A DNA stretch of 64,000 nt from NCBI GenBank assembly GCA_040285855.1, contig JAUFOQ010000010.1, positions 930,001 to 994,000 on the forward strand, in the 5' to 3' direction. Positions 50,217 to 63,093 of this stretch are shown here, in pieces. A program made the translations under genes and the position numbers. The notes below the pieces were generated by a model. That model was not told the DNA's origin. It saw nothing but the letters and a program-made list of their open reading frames with translations, and made no database searches. The stretch is from Eukaryota sp. GEM-RC1. Taxonomy: Eukaryota. Position 1 is the first letter of the stretch, and the number at the start of each line of letters is the position of its first letter.

Positions 50217-51183
50217 ATTCTTCCAAACAATATAAGAATTTCGGTAGTGTGACCTCCTGATTCAAGTACAGTCTACCCTCCCATTAGTGCAAGCTTTTGG
50301 GCAGACCTTAATGGGAGGTTTTGTTTGTACAGACATGAACAGCAGACGACAGCCTTTTATGATATATAAACCAACAAACTACGACTATTGTGCACCATTT
50401 GGTGATGAACTGAAGATGACACGGATAATCGTCGTTCAAATATAAGTGGTGGGATTGAGGGAAAATATTGCAGAACACTCAACCATCAGCAAACAGCAAT
50501 AATCTCTCAGATTTCTGCTAAATAGTTGAGGGAGAGAAGGGGAGAACTAACGGGGAGGGCGATAGAAGAGCGAGAAAGGTCAAGGACGGACCTGAAACTA
50601 CCAATATAGGAAAGGAGAAAGTTTCAGATACTCAAAGAGACAAATCACAGAGAACTTGTTCTGAGTTAGTAAGCAGAATTGAATATGTGAGGAGAAGAAC
50701 CCCTTCAAAGCATTGAGACGACAATAGCAGCATTAACATTGCCAGTGAAAAGTGTTCTTAAAGAATAGAATTCTACAGAAGGGATATGAAAAGATAGGGT
50801 AATTTATGCAAGAAGTACACACAGTCACACCTAAAATCGTATTCCCAAGATGACAACGAAAAGAGCCGATGATTGGTGTTGAACAAGGGTAGGCTCATGT
50901 CTTAAGTTTACCCTTTGTTTCTTTTGCTGCCTAAGAAACAATACACTCTGTTATCTGCTCTTTCTGAAAGTCAAAAATAAAAAACCAATGATCCCGGTTA
51001 AGCTAGATTGGATGTGTGTGATTGTTGCAAAGATAAGGTATCGATCCTGGCTTATATATGGTACTGTAACTGCTGGAAGAGGTTGAAAAAGAACCCGAAA
51101 AGGGAAAAAATTGTCGTGCGACAAAATGATGTCGGAGTTCTCCAGAATGAACTCTTCGATCTGAAGTCTATTTTCTTCCTCAA

Positions 51184-53895
51184 ATGTCTCACTATCTCTG
51201 TGATATTTGTCATGAAATTCTCAAGAATCCGGTAACTACTTGGTGTGGCCACACCTTTTGTATGTCGGACTTGCAGGAATGGCTTGTTTCTCATAACGGA
51301 TGTCCGATCTGTCGAGCTGAAGTGGACAAGTCAAGGCTGTGTCCTAACTACAAGTTGAAAGAAGCTGTTGAAGCCTTTGTTGCTGGTCAAGGTGAGACTA
51401 TTTGTTTTGAGTGTGATGAAGCTGCTGCCACTTGTTATTGCGCAGAATGTGACGCCGATTTCTGTGACAAATGTTTTAACCCTGCTCATCGCCCCAAGTT
51501 GCTACGATCTCATGTTGCTGTCCCCCTAAATAAGAAGCATGCCTACCTTATTCCCAAGTGCCCCAGCCACAGTATGAAGTCGTTAGAGTTGTTCTGCACC
51601 TTCTGCTCCGTCGCCCTTTGCTCCACTTGTGCTTTCCTTGGTGACCATGACCAACACAAAAAGAAGTTGCTTCCCTTTGACGAAGGTCGAACCTCTGTTG
51701 AAAAGAATATCAACTCAATTAATCAAGAGTTGTCGTTAGCCATTGAAAAAATATCTCAGTCAGCTGAAGCTGCTATCCAGCAAGCAACAAGTGGTTTTGT
51801 CCAACTCAAAGAAAGTCTGACTGTCCTGCTCCAAGAAACTATGTTGGACTCTGCTACCATTATGAATGACTTACAATCTGGGAAACCTGTCATGTTCAAG
51901 CCAAAGATCAGCGAGAAATTCACTACCACCACTTCAACCCTTCTCAACAACCAATCTGATATCATCTCCTCTTTAAATGAAGAACTTTTCTCCATCCACT
52001 CCGATGCTTCTCGTCGTTTGACCTCTCTTTCTGTTGATTCGGAATCTAGTGTTGCTTCTGCTAGGCTTCTAGAAGACCCTCCTTTACCAATCAAGTGCAT
52101 TGAAAGTGTCTGCCCTGTACAACAAGTTGAAGAGAAGAAACTTGTTATTGATTGGAGCAAGCTTAGCTCTAAGTTGAAGAGTTGTTATGATCAAATGGTG
52201 AGAAATGAGGTTTCTACGATCGATCTAGGTAACAACTCAATTGGTAATGAAGGCGCTATTGCAATTGCTGAAGCTTTGAAGGTGAATTCTTCACTTTCTA
52301 GAATCGATCTAGGTAACAACTCAATTGGTACTGAAGGCGCTATTGCAATTGCTGAAGCTTTGAAGGTGAATTCTTCACTTTCTAGAATCGATCTAGGTAA
52401 CAACTCAATTGGTACTGAAGGCGCTATTGCAATTGCTGAAGCTTTGAAGGTGAATTCTTCAGTTTCTACGATTTATCTACATATCAACTCAATTGGTCCT
52501 GAAGGCGCTATTGCAATTGCTGAAGCTTTGAAGGTGAATTCTTCAGTTTCTACGATTTATCTACATATCAACTCAATTGGTCCTGAAGGCGCTATTGCAA
52601 TTGCTGAAGCTTTAAAGGTGAATTCTTCAGTTTCTCAGATCGATCTACGTAACAACTCAATTGGTCCTGAAGGTGCTATTGCAATTGCTGAAGCTTTAAA
52701 GGTGAATTCTTCAGTTTCTCAGATCGATCTACGTAACAACTCAATTGGTCCTGAAGGTGCTATTGCAATTGCTGAAGCTTTAAAGGTGAATTCTTCAGTT
52801 TCTCAGATCGATCTACGTAACAACTCAATTGGTCCTGAAGGCGCTATTGCAATTGCTGAAGCTTTAAAGGTGAATTCTTCAGTTTCTCAGATCGATCTAC
52901 GTAACAACTCAATTGGTCCTGAAGGTGCTATTGCAATTGCTGAAGCTTTAAAGGTGAATTCTTCAGTTTCTCAGATCGATCTACGTAACAACTCAATTGG
53001 TCCTGAAGGTGCTATTGCAATTGCTGAAGCTTTAAAGGTGAATTCTTCAGTTTCTCAGATCGATCTATATAACAACTCAATTGGTCCTGAAGGCGCTATT
53101 GCAATTGCTGAAGCTTTAAAGGTGAATTCTTCAGTTTCTACGATTTATCTACATATCAACTCAATTGGTCCTGAAGGCGCTATTGCAATTGCTGAAGCTT
53201 TAAAGGTGAATTCTTCAGTTTCTCAGATCGATCTACGTAACAACTCAATTGGTCCTGAAGGTGCTATTGCAATTGCTGAAGCTTTAAAGGTGAATTCTTC
53301 AGTTTCTCAGATCGATCTACGTAACAACTCAATTGGTCCTGAAGGTGCTATTGCAATTGCTGAAGCTTTAAAGGTGAATTCTTCAGTTTCTCAGATCGAT
53401 CTACGTAACAACTCAATTGGTCCTGAAGGCGCTATTGCAATTGCTGAAGCTTTAAAGGTGAATTCTTCAGTTTCTCAGATCGATCTACGTAACAACTCAA
53501 TTGGTCCTGAAGGTGCTATTGCAATTGCTGAAGCTTTAAAGGTGAATTCTTCAGTTTCTCAGATCGATCTACGTAACAACTCAATTGGTCCTGAAGGTGC
53601 TATTGCAATTGCTGAAGCTTTAAAGGTGAATTCTTCAGTTTCTCAGATCGATCTATATAACAACTCAATTGGTCCTGAAGGCGCTATTGCAATTGCTGAA
53701 GCTTTAAAGGTGAATTCTTCAGTTTCTACGATTTATCTATCTAATAACTCAATTGGTCCTGAAGGTGCTATTGCAATTGCTGAAGCTTTGAAGGTGAATT
53801 CTTCAGTTTCTACGATTTATCTATCTAATAACTCAATTAACAGTCAAACACAACAGTCATTAAAATCACTGCATAAGAATAGACTTCGTTTCTAA
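51184..53895 (+). CDS. TRIM-like protein: RING, B-box1, B-box2, helical/coiled-coil region, 20 RI-like LRRs; putative E3 ubiquitin ligase
   Basis: CDICHE...CGHTFC...CPICR (RING); CFECDE...YCAECDADFCDKCF...H...H (B-box1); CPSH...LFCTFCSVALCSTC...DH..H (B-box2); 20 x 84-bp modules from ~52210. Confidence 0.93.
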   Translation: MSHYLCDICHEILKNPVTTWCGHTFCMSDLQEWLVSHNGCPICRAEVDKSRLCPNYKLKEAVEAFVAGQGETICFECDEAAATCYCAECDADFCDKCFNPAHRPKLLRSHVAVPLNKKHAYLIPKCPSHSMKSLELFCTFCSVALCSTCAFLGDHDQHKKKLLPFDEGRTSVEKNINSINQELSLAIEKISQSAEAAIQQATSGFVQLKESLTVLLQETMLDSATIMNDLQSGKPVMFKPKISEKFTTTTSTLLNNQSDIISSLNEELFSIHSDASRRLTSLSVDSESSVASARLLEDPPLPIKCIESVCPVQQVEEKKLVIDWSKLSSKLKSCYDQMVRNEVSTIDLGNNSIGNEGAIAIAEALKVNSSLSRIDLGNNSIGTEGAIAIAEALKVNSSLSRIDLGNNSIGTEGAIAIAEALKVNSSVSTIYLHINSIGPEGAIAIAEALKVNSSVSTIYLHINSIGPEGAIAIAEALKVNSSVSQIDLRNNSIGPEGAIAIAEALKVNSSVSQIDLRNNSIGPEGAIAIAEALKVNSSVSQIDLRNNSIGPEGAIAIAEALKVNSSVSQIDLRNNSIGPEGAIAIAEALKVNSSVSQIDLRNNSIGPEGAIAIAEALKVNSSVSQIDLYNNSIGPEGAIAIAEALKVNSSVSTIYLHINSIGPEGAIAIAEALKVNSSVSQIDLRNNSIGPEGAIAIAEALKVNSSVSQIDLRNNSIGPEGAIAIAEALKVNSSVSQIDLRNNSIGPEGAIAIAEALKVNSSVSQIDLRNNSIGPEGAIAIAEALKVNSSVSQIDLRNNSIGPEGAIAIAEALKVNSSVSQIDLYNNSIGPEGAIAIAEALKVNSSVSTIYLSNNSIGPEGAIAIAEALKVNSSVSTIYLSNNSINSQTQQSLKSLHKNRLRF

Positions 53896-54463
53896 AGATA
53901 TTTTCCTCTGATATAAAGATCACCCCATTATAAGTCACACATGAACAAATATCAATGCGGTTTAGCAGTTGTTCATACACAGATTGATTTTCAGTTTTAC
54001 CCGGTAATTAAGACTCGTCATATCGAAAAGTTCATTTGCTATTGTTTTCAACAACACCACGTATTAATTGGTATCTGGAAATGATGTAACATTATACTAT
54101 ACTATACTATTATACTTATGTTTCGAAATATTTCGAATCACCGACACATTGTCTCGTCATAAACACGGTTGTATTTTTTCTCAAAAAACAGCTTAATTGT
54201 CCTTGAGTTGAGTGATGCTTTGATTATTCTCAGTGATTTATAAGATGTACAGTATCCTTTTGTATCTATTCCATAGATATTTTAGTCATGGTAATTTATT
54301 AAATATTGGTCAAAATTAGGTTGTTCGTTAGATTCTGTTTTAGTGATCTGTGATTGAATTGGAAATCTGGTCACACAATTGTCTTAACATACAAAGTAGG
54401 TTTTTGTTTATCTTAAATTGAGTTTATTATCTAACATTATCTAAGCTTCTTTTTACTGGATAT

Positions 54464-54910
54464 GTGTTCTATGAACCGGCTAGAATTTCCGATTTCTATC
54501 TACATTACAACTCAAGTGGTCCTGAAGGCGCTATTGCAATTGCAGAAGCTTTGAAGGTGAATTCTTCAGTTTCTACGATCAATCTATATTACAACTCAAT
54601 TGGTCCTGAAGGTGCTATTGCAATTGCTGAAGCTTTAAAGGTGAATTCTTCAGTTTCTCAGATCGATCTACGTAACAACTCAATTGGTAATGATGGCGCT
54701 ATTGCAATTGCTGAAGCTTTAAAGGTGAATTCTTCAGTTTCTACGATTTATCTATCTAATAACTCAATTGGTCCTGAAGGTGCTATTGCAATTGCTGAAG
54801 CTTTGAAGGTGAATTCTTCAGTTTCTACGATTTATCTATCTAATAACTCAATTAACAGTCAAACACAACAGTCATTAAAATCACTGCATAAGAATAGACT
54901 TCGTTTCTAA
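54464..54910 (+). pseudogene. Headless LRR cassette 1 (5 modules)
   Basis: Open frame from a GTG, no in-frame ATG, same C-terminal cap as the main gene. Confidence 0.75.
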
Positions 54911-55478
54911 AGATATTTTCCTCTGATATAAAGATCACCCCATTATAAGTCACACATGAACAAATATCAATGCGGTTTAGCAGTTGTTCATACACAGATT
55001 GATTTTCAGTTTTACCCGGTAATTAAGACTCGTCATATCGAAAAGTTCATTTGCTATTGTTTTCAACAACACCACGTATTAATTGGTATCTGGAAATGAT
55101 GTAACATTATACTATACTATACTATTATACTTATGTTTCGAAATATTTCGAATCACCGACACATTGTCTCGTCATAAACACGGTTGTATTTTTTCTCAAA
55201 AAACAGCTTAATTGTCCTTGAGTTGAGTGATGCTTTGATTATTCTCAGTGATTTATAAGATGTACAGTATCCTTTTGTATCTATTCCATAGATATTTTAG
55301 TCATGGTAATTTATTAAATATTGGTCAAAATTAGGTTGTTCGTTAGATTCTGTTTTAGTGATCTGTGATTGAATTGGAAATCTGGTCACACAATTGTCTT
55401 AACATACAAAGTAGGTTTTTGTTTATCTTAAATTGAGTTTATTATCTAACATTATCTAAGCTTCTTTTTACTGGATAT

Positions 55479-56093
55479 GTGTTCTATGAACCGGCTAGAA
55501 TTTCCGATTTCTATCTACATTACAACTCAAGTGGTCCTGAAGGCGCTATTGCAATTGCAGAAGCTTTGAAGGTGAATTCTTCCGTTTCTACGATCAATCT
55601 ATTTAGCAACTCAATTGGTAATGAAGGCGCTATTGCAATTGCTGAAGCTTTAAAGGTGAATTCTTCAGTTTCTCAGATCGATCTACGTAACAACTCAATT
55701 GGTAATGATGGCGCTATTGCAATTGCTGAAGCTTTGAAGGTGAATTCTTCAGTTTCTACGATTTATCTACATATCAACTCAATTGGTAATGAAGGCGCTA
55801 TTGCAATTGCTGAAGCTTTAAAGGTGAATTCTTCAGTTTCTCAGATCGATCTATCTAATAACTCAATTGGTCCTGAAGGTGCTATTGCAATTGCTGAAGC
55901 TTTGAAGGTGAATTCTTCAGTTTCTACGATCAATCTATATTACAACTCAATTGGTCCTGAAGGTGCTATTGCAATTGCTGAAGCTTTAAAGGTGAATTCT
56001 TCAGTTTCTACGATTTATCTATCTAATAACTCAATTAACAGTCAAACACAACAGTCATTAAAATCACTGCATAAGAATAGACTTCGTTTCTAA
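55479..56093 (+). pseudogene. Headless LRR cassette 2 (7 modules)
   Basis: Same structure as cassette 1, different module series. Confidence 0.75.
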
Positions 56094-56661
56094 AGATATT
56101 TTCCTCTGATATAAAGATCACCCCATTATAAGTCACACATGAACAAATATCAATGCGGTTTAGCAGTTGTTCATACACAGATTGATTTTCAGTTTTACCC
56201 GGTAATTAAGACTCGTCATATCGAAAAGTTCATTTGCTATTGTTTTCAACAACACCACGTATTAATTGGTATCTGGAAATGATGTAACATTATACTATAC
56301 TATACTATTATACTTATGTTTCGAAATATTTCGAATCACCGACACATTGTCTCGTCATAAACACGGTTGTATTTTTTCTCAAAAAACAGCTTAATTGTCC
56401 TTGAGTTGAGTGATGCTTTGATTATTCTCAGTGATTTATAAGATGTACAGTATCCTTTTGTATCTATTCCATAGATATTTTAGTCATGGTAATTTATTAA
56501 ATATTGGTCAAAATTAGGTTGTTCGTTAGATTCTGTTTTAGTGATCTGTGATTGAATTGGAAATCTGGTCACACAATTGTCTTAACATACAAAGTAGGTT
56601 TTTGTTTATCTTAAATTGAGTTTATTATCTAACATTATCTAAGCTTCTTTTTACTGGATAT

Positions 56662-57444
56662 GTGTTCTATGAACCGGCTAGAATTTCCGATTTCTATCTA
56701 CATTACAACTCAAGTGGTCCTGAAGGCGCTATTGCAATTGCTGAAGCTTTGAAGGTGAATTCTTCAGTTTCTACGATCAATCTACATAGCAACTCAATTG
56801 GTCCTGAAGGCGCTACTGCAATTGCTGAAGCTTTGAAGGTGAATTCTTCAGTTTCTACGATCAATCTACATAGCAACTCAATTGGTCCTGAAGGCGCTAT
56901 TGCAATTGCTGAAGCTTTGAAGGTGAATTCTTCAGTTTCTACGATTTATCTATCTAATAACTCAATTGGTCCTGAAGGCGCTATTGCAATTGCTGAAGCT
57001 TTGAAGGTGAATTCTTCAGTTTCTACGATCAATCTAGGTAACAACTCAATTGGTCCTGAAGGCGCTACTGCAATTGCTGAAGCTTTGAAGGTGAATTCGT
57101 TTGTTTCTTCGATTTATCTATATAACAACTCAATTGGTCCTGAAGGCGCTATTGCAATTGCTGAAGCTTTAAAGGTGAATTCTTCAGTTTCTCAGATCGA
57201 TCTACGTAACAACTCAATTGGTAATGATGGCGCTATTGCAATTGCTGAAGCTTTGAAGGTGAATTCTTCAGTTTCTACGATCAATCTACATAGCAACTCA
57301 ATTGGTCCTGAAGGTGCTATTGCAATTGCTGAAGCTTTGAAGGTGAATTCTTCAGTTTCTACGATTTATCTACATAACAACTCAATTAACAGTCAAACAC
57401 AACAGTCATTAAAATCACTGCATAAGAATAGACTTCGTTTCTAA
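56662..57444 (+). pseudogene. Headless LRR cassette 3 (9 modules)
   Basis: Same structure as cassette 1, different module series. Confidence 0.75.
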
Positions 57445-57995
57445 AGATATTTTCCTCTGATATAAAGATCACCCCATTATAAGTCACACATGAACAAATA
57501 TCAATGCGGTTTAGCAGTTGTTCATACACAGATTGATTTTCAGTTTTACCCGGTAATTAAGACTCGTCATATCGAAAAGTTCATTTGCTATTGTTTTCAA
57601 CAACACCACGTATTAATTGGTATCTGGAAATGATGTAACATTATACTATATGTTTCGAAATATTTCGAATCACCGACACATTGTCTCGTCATAAACACGG
57701 TTGTATTTTTTCTCAAAAAACAGCTTAATTGTCCTTGAGTTGAGTGATGCTTTGATTATTCTCAGTGATTTATAAGATGTACAGTATCCTTTTGTATCTA
57801 TTCCATAGATATTTTAGTCATGGTAATTTCTTAAATATTGGTCAAAATTAGGTTGTTCGTTAGTTTCTGTTTTAGTGATCTGTGATTTAATTGGAAATCT
57901 TGTCACACAATTGTCTTAACATACAAAGCAGGTTTTTGTTTATCTTAAATTGAGTTTATTATCTAACATTATCTAAGCTTCTGTTTACTGGATAT

Positions 57996-58693
57996 GTGTT
58001 CTATGAACCGGCTAGAATTTCCGATTTCTATCTACATTACAATAAATTGGTAAAGAAGGCGCTATTGCAATTGCTGAAGCTTTGAAGGTGAATTCGTCTG
58101 TTTCTACGATTGGTCTAGGTAACAACTCAATTGGTCCTGAAGGCGCTACTGCAATTGCTGAAGCTTTGAAGGTGAATTCGTTTGTTTCTTCGATTTATCT
58201 ATATAACAACTCAATTGGTCCTGAAGGCGCTATTGCAATTGCTGAAGCTTTAAAGGTGAATTCTTCAGTTTCTCAGATCGATCTACGTAACAACTCAATT
58301 GGTCCTGAAGGCGCTATTGCAATTGCTGAAGCTTTAAAGGTGAATTCTTCAGTTTCTCAGATCGATCTACGTAACAACTCAATTGGTAATGATGGCGCTA
58401 TTGCAATTGCTGAAGCTTTGAAGGTGAATTCTTCAGTTTCTACGATTTATCTACATATCAACTCAATTGGTAATGAAGGTGCTATTGCAATTGCTGAAGC
58501 TTTAAAGGTGAATTCTTCAGTTTCTACGATTTATCTACATAGCAACTCAATTGGTCCTGAAGGTGCTATTGCAATTGCTGAAGCTTTGAAGGTGAATTCT
58601 TCAGTTTCTACGATTTATCTATCTAATAACTCAATTAACAGTCAAACACAACAGTCATTAAAATCACTGCATAAGAATAGACTTCGTTTCTAA
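57996..58693 (+). pseudogene. Headless LRR cassette 4 (8 modules; 1-nt deletion in the first module)
   Basis: CATTACAATAAATTGGT replaces CATTACAACTCAATTGGT near 58040. Confidence 0.78.
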
Positions 58694-59261
58694 AGATATT
58701 TTCCTCTGATATAAAGATCACCCCATTATAAGTCACACATGAACAAATATCAATGCGGTTTAGCAGTTGTTCATACACAGATTGATTTTCAGTTTTACCC
58801 GGTAATTAAGACTCGTCATATCGAAAAGTTCATTTGCTATTGTTTTCAACAACACCACGTATTAATTGGTATCTGGAAATGATGTAACATTATACTATAC
58901 TATACTATTATACTTATGTTTCGAAATATTTCGAATCACCGACACATTGTCTCGTCATAAACACGGTTGTATTTTTTCTCAAAAAACAGCTTAATTGTCC
59001 TTGAGTTGAGTGATGCTTTGATTATTCTCAGTGATTTATAAGATGTACAGTATCCTTTTGTATCTATTCCATAGATATTTTAGTCATGGTAATTTATTAA
59101 ATATTGGTCAAAATTAGGTTGTTCGTTAGTTTCTGTTTTAGTGATCTGTGATTTAATTGGAAATCTTGTCACACAATTGTCTTAACATACAAAGTAGGTT
59201 TTTGTTTATCTTAAATTGAGTTTATTATCTAACATTATCTAAGCTTCTGTTTACTGGATAT

Positions 59262-59792
59262 GTGTTCTATGAACCGGCTAGAATTTCCGATTTCTATCTA
59301 CATTACAACTCAAGTGGTCCTGAAGGCGCTACTGCAATTGCTGAAGCTTTGAAGGTGAATTCTTCAGTTTCTACGATCAATCTAGGTAACAACTCAATTG
59401 GTCCTGAAGGCGCTACTGCAATTGCTGAAGCTTTGAAGGTGAATTCTTCAGTTTCTACGATCAATCTACATAGCAACTCAATTGGTCCTGAAGGCGCTAT
59501 TGCAATTGCTGAAGCTTTGAAGGTGAATTCTTCAGTTTCTACGATTTATCTATATAACAACTCAATTGGTCCTGAAGGCGCTATTTCAATTGCTGAAGCT
59601 TTGAAGGTGAATTCGTCTGTTTCTACGATTGGTCTAGGTAACAACTCAATTGGTCCTGAAGGTGCTATTGCAATTGCTGAAGCTTTGAAGGTGAATTCTT
59701 CAGTTTCTACGATTTATCTATCTAATAACTCAATTAACAGTCAAACACAACAATCATTAAAATCACTGCACAAGAATAGAATTCGTTTCTAA
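59262..59792 (+). pseudogene. Headless LRR cassette 5 (6 modules)
   Basis: Same structure; the cap switches from RLRF to RIRF. Confidence 0.75.
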
Positions 59793-60342
59793 AGATATTT
59801 TCCTCTGATATAAAGATCACCCCATTATAAGTTACACATGAACAAATATCAAAGCAGGTTAGCAGTTGATCTTACACAGATTGATTTTCAGTTTTACCCG
59901 GTAATTAAGATTCGTCATATCGAAAAGTTCATTTGCTATTGTTTTCAACAACACCACGTATTAATTGGTATCTGGAAATGATGTAAAATTATTCTTTTGT
60001 TTTGAAATATTTCGAATCACCGACACAATGTCTCGTTATTAACACGGTTGTATTTTTTCTCAAAAAACAGCTTAATTGTCGTTGAGTTGAGTGAGGCTTT
60101 GATTATTCTCAGTGATTTATAAGATGTACAGTATCCTTTTGTATCTATTCCATAGATATTTTAGTCATGGTAATTTATTAAATATTGGTCAAAATTAGGT
60201 TGTTCGTTAGATTCTGTTTTAGTGATCTGTGATTGAATTGGAAATCTGGTCACACAATTGTCTTAACATACAAAGTAGGTTTTTGTTTATCTTAAATTGA
60301 GTTTATTATCTAACATTATCTAAGCTTCTTTTTACTGGATAT

Positions 60343-61377
60343 GTGTTCTATGAACCGGCTAGAATTTCCGATTTCTATCTACATTACAACTCAATTGGTA
60401 AAGAAGGCGCTATTGCAATTGCTGAAGCTTTGAAGGTGAATTCGTCTGTTTCTACGATTGGTCTAGGTAACAACTCAATTGGTCCTGAAGGCGCTACTGC
60501 AATTGCTGAAGCTTTGAAGGTGAATTCTTCAGTTTCTACGATCAATCTACATAGCAACTCAATTGGTCCTGAAGGTGCTATTGCAATTGCTGAAGCTTTG
60601 AAGGTGAATTCTTCAGTTTATCAGATCGATCTACGTAACAACTCAATTGATAATGAAGGCGCTATTGCAATTGCTGAAGCTTTGAAGGTGAATTCTTCAG
60701 TTTCTACGATTTATCTACATATCAACTCAATTGGTAATGAAGGCGCTATTGCAATTGCTGAAGCTTTGAAGGTGAATTCTTCAGTTTCTCAGATCGATCT
60801 ACGTAACAACTCAATTGATAATGAAGGTGCTATTGCAATTGCTGAAGCTTTGAAGGTGAATTCTTCAGTTTCTACGATTTATCTACATATCAACTCAATT
60901 GGTAATGAAGGCGCTATTGCAATTGCTCAAGCTTTGAAGGTGAATTCTTCAGTTTCTACGATTTATCTACATAGCAACTCAATTGGTCCTGAAGGCGCTA
61001 TTGCAATTGCTGAAGCTTTAAAGGTGAATTCTTCAGTTTCTCAGATCGATCTACGTAACAACTCAATTGATAATGAAGGCGCTATTGCAATTGCTGAAGC
61101 TTTGAAGGTGAATTCTTCAGTTTCTACGATTTATCTATCTAATAACTCAATTGGTCCTGAAGGCGCTATTGCAATTGCTGAAGCTTTGAAGGTGAATTCT
61201 TCAGTTTCTACGATTTATCTATCTAATAACTCAATTGGTCCTGAAGGTGCTATTGCAATTGCTGAAGCTTTGAAGGTGAATTCTTCAGTTTCTACGATTT
61301 ATCTATCTAATAACTCAATTAACAGTCAAACACAACAATCATTAAAATCACTGCACAAGAATAGAATTCGTTTCTAA
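60343..61377 (+). pseudogene. Headless LRR cassette 6 (12 modules)
   Basis: Same structure; contains SIDNEG variants. Confidence 0.75.
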
Positions 61378-61928
61378 AGATATTTTCCTCTGATATAAAG
61401 ATCACCCCATTATAAGTTACACATGAACAAATATCAAAGCAGGTTAGCAGTTGATCTTACACAGATTGATTTTCAGTTTTACCCGGTAATTAAGATTCGT
61501 CATATCGAAAAGTTCATTTGCTATTGTTTTCAACAACACCACGTATTAATTGGTATCTGGAAATGATGTAAAATTATTCTTTTTGTTTTGAAATATTTCG
61601 AATCACCGACACAATGTCTCGTTATTAACACGGTTGTATTTTTTCTCAAAAAACAGCTTAATTGTCGTTGAGTTGAGTGAGGCTTTGATTATTCTCAGTG
61701 ATTTATAAGATGTACAGTATCCTTTTGTATCTATTCCATAGATATTTTAGTCATGGTAATTTATTAAATATTGGTCAAAATTAGGTTGTTCGTTAGATTC
61801 TGTTTTAGTGATCTGTGATTGAATTGGAAATCTGGTCACACAATTGTCTTAACATACAAAGTAGGTTTTTGTTTATCTTAAATTGAGTTTATTATCTAAC
61901 ATTATCTAAGCTTCTTTTTACTGGATAT

Positions 61929-62543
61929 GTGTTCTATGAACCGGCTAGAATTTCCGATTTCTATCTACATTACAACTCAAGTGGTCCTGGAGGCGCTATT
62001 GCAATTGCTGAAGCTTTGAAGGTGAATTCTTCAGTTTCTACGATCAATCTACATAGCAACTCAATTGGTCCTGAAGGCGCTACTGCAATTGCTGAAGCTT
62101 TGAAGGTGAATTCTTCAGTTTCTACGATTTATCTATCTAATAACTCAATTGGTCCTGAAGGCGCTATTGCAATTGCTGAAGCTTTGAAGGTGAATTCTTC
62201 AGTTTCTACGATTTATCTATCTAATAACTCAATTGGTCCTGAAGGCGCTATTGCAATTGCTGAAGCTTTGAAGGTGAATTCTTCAGTTTCTACGATTTAT
62301 CTATCTAATAACTCAATTGGTCCTGAAGGTGCTATTGCAATTGCTGAAGCTTTGAAGGTGAATTCTTCAGTTTCTACGATTTATCTACATAGCAACTCAA
62401 TTGGTCCTGAAGGTGCTATTGCAATTGCTGAAGCTTTGAAGGTGAATTCTTCAGTTTCTACGATTTATCTATCTAATAACTCAATTAACAGTCAAACACA
62501 ACAATCATTAAAATCACTGCACAAGAATAGAATTCGTTTCTAA
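61929..62543 (+). pseudogene. Headless LRR cassette 7 (7 modules)
   Basis: Same structure as the other cassettes. Confidence 0.75.
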
Positions 62544-63093
62544 AGATATTTTCCTCTGATATAAAGATCACCCCATTATAAGTTACACATGAACAAATAT
62601 CAAAGCAGGTTAGCAGTTGATCTTACACAGATTGATTTTCAGTTTTACCCGGTAATTAAGATTCGTCATATCGAAAAGTTCATTTGCTATTGTTTTCAAC
62701 AACACCACGTATTAATTGGTATCTGGAAATGATGTAAAATTATTCTTTTGTTTTGAAATATTTCGAATCACCGACACAATGTCTCGTTATTAACACGGTT
62801 GTATTTTTTCTCAAAAAACAGCTTAATTGTCGTTGAGTTGAGTGAGGCTTTGATTATTCTCAGTGATTTATAAGATGTACAGTATCCTTTTGTATCTATT
62901 CCATAGATATTTTAGTCATGGTAATTTATTAAATATTGGTCAAAATTAGGTTGTTCGTTAGATTCTGTTTTAGTGATCTGTGATTGAATTGGAAATCTGG
63001 TCACACAATTGTCTTAACATACAAAGTAGGTTTTTGTTTATCTTAAATTGAGTTTATTATCTAACATTATCTAAGCTTCTTTTTACTGGATAT

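Noticed and set aside
13845..52403. Many antisense ORFs over the LRR genes (FNASAKALAPS... peptides)
   Set aside because: These are shadows of the repetitive sense-strand codon pattern.
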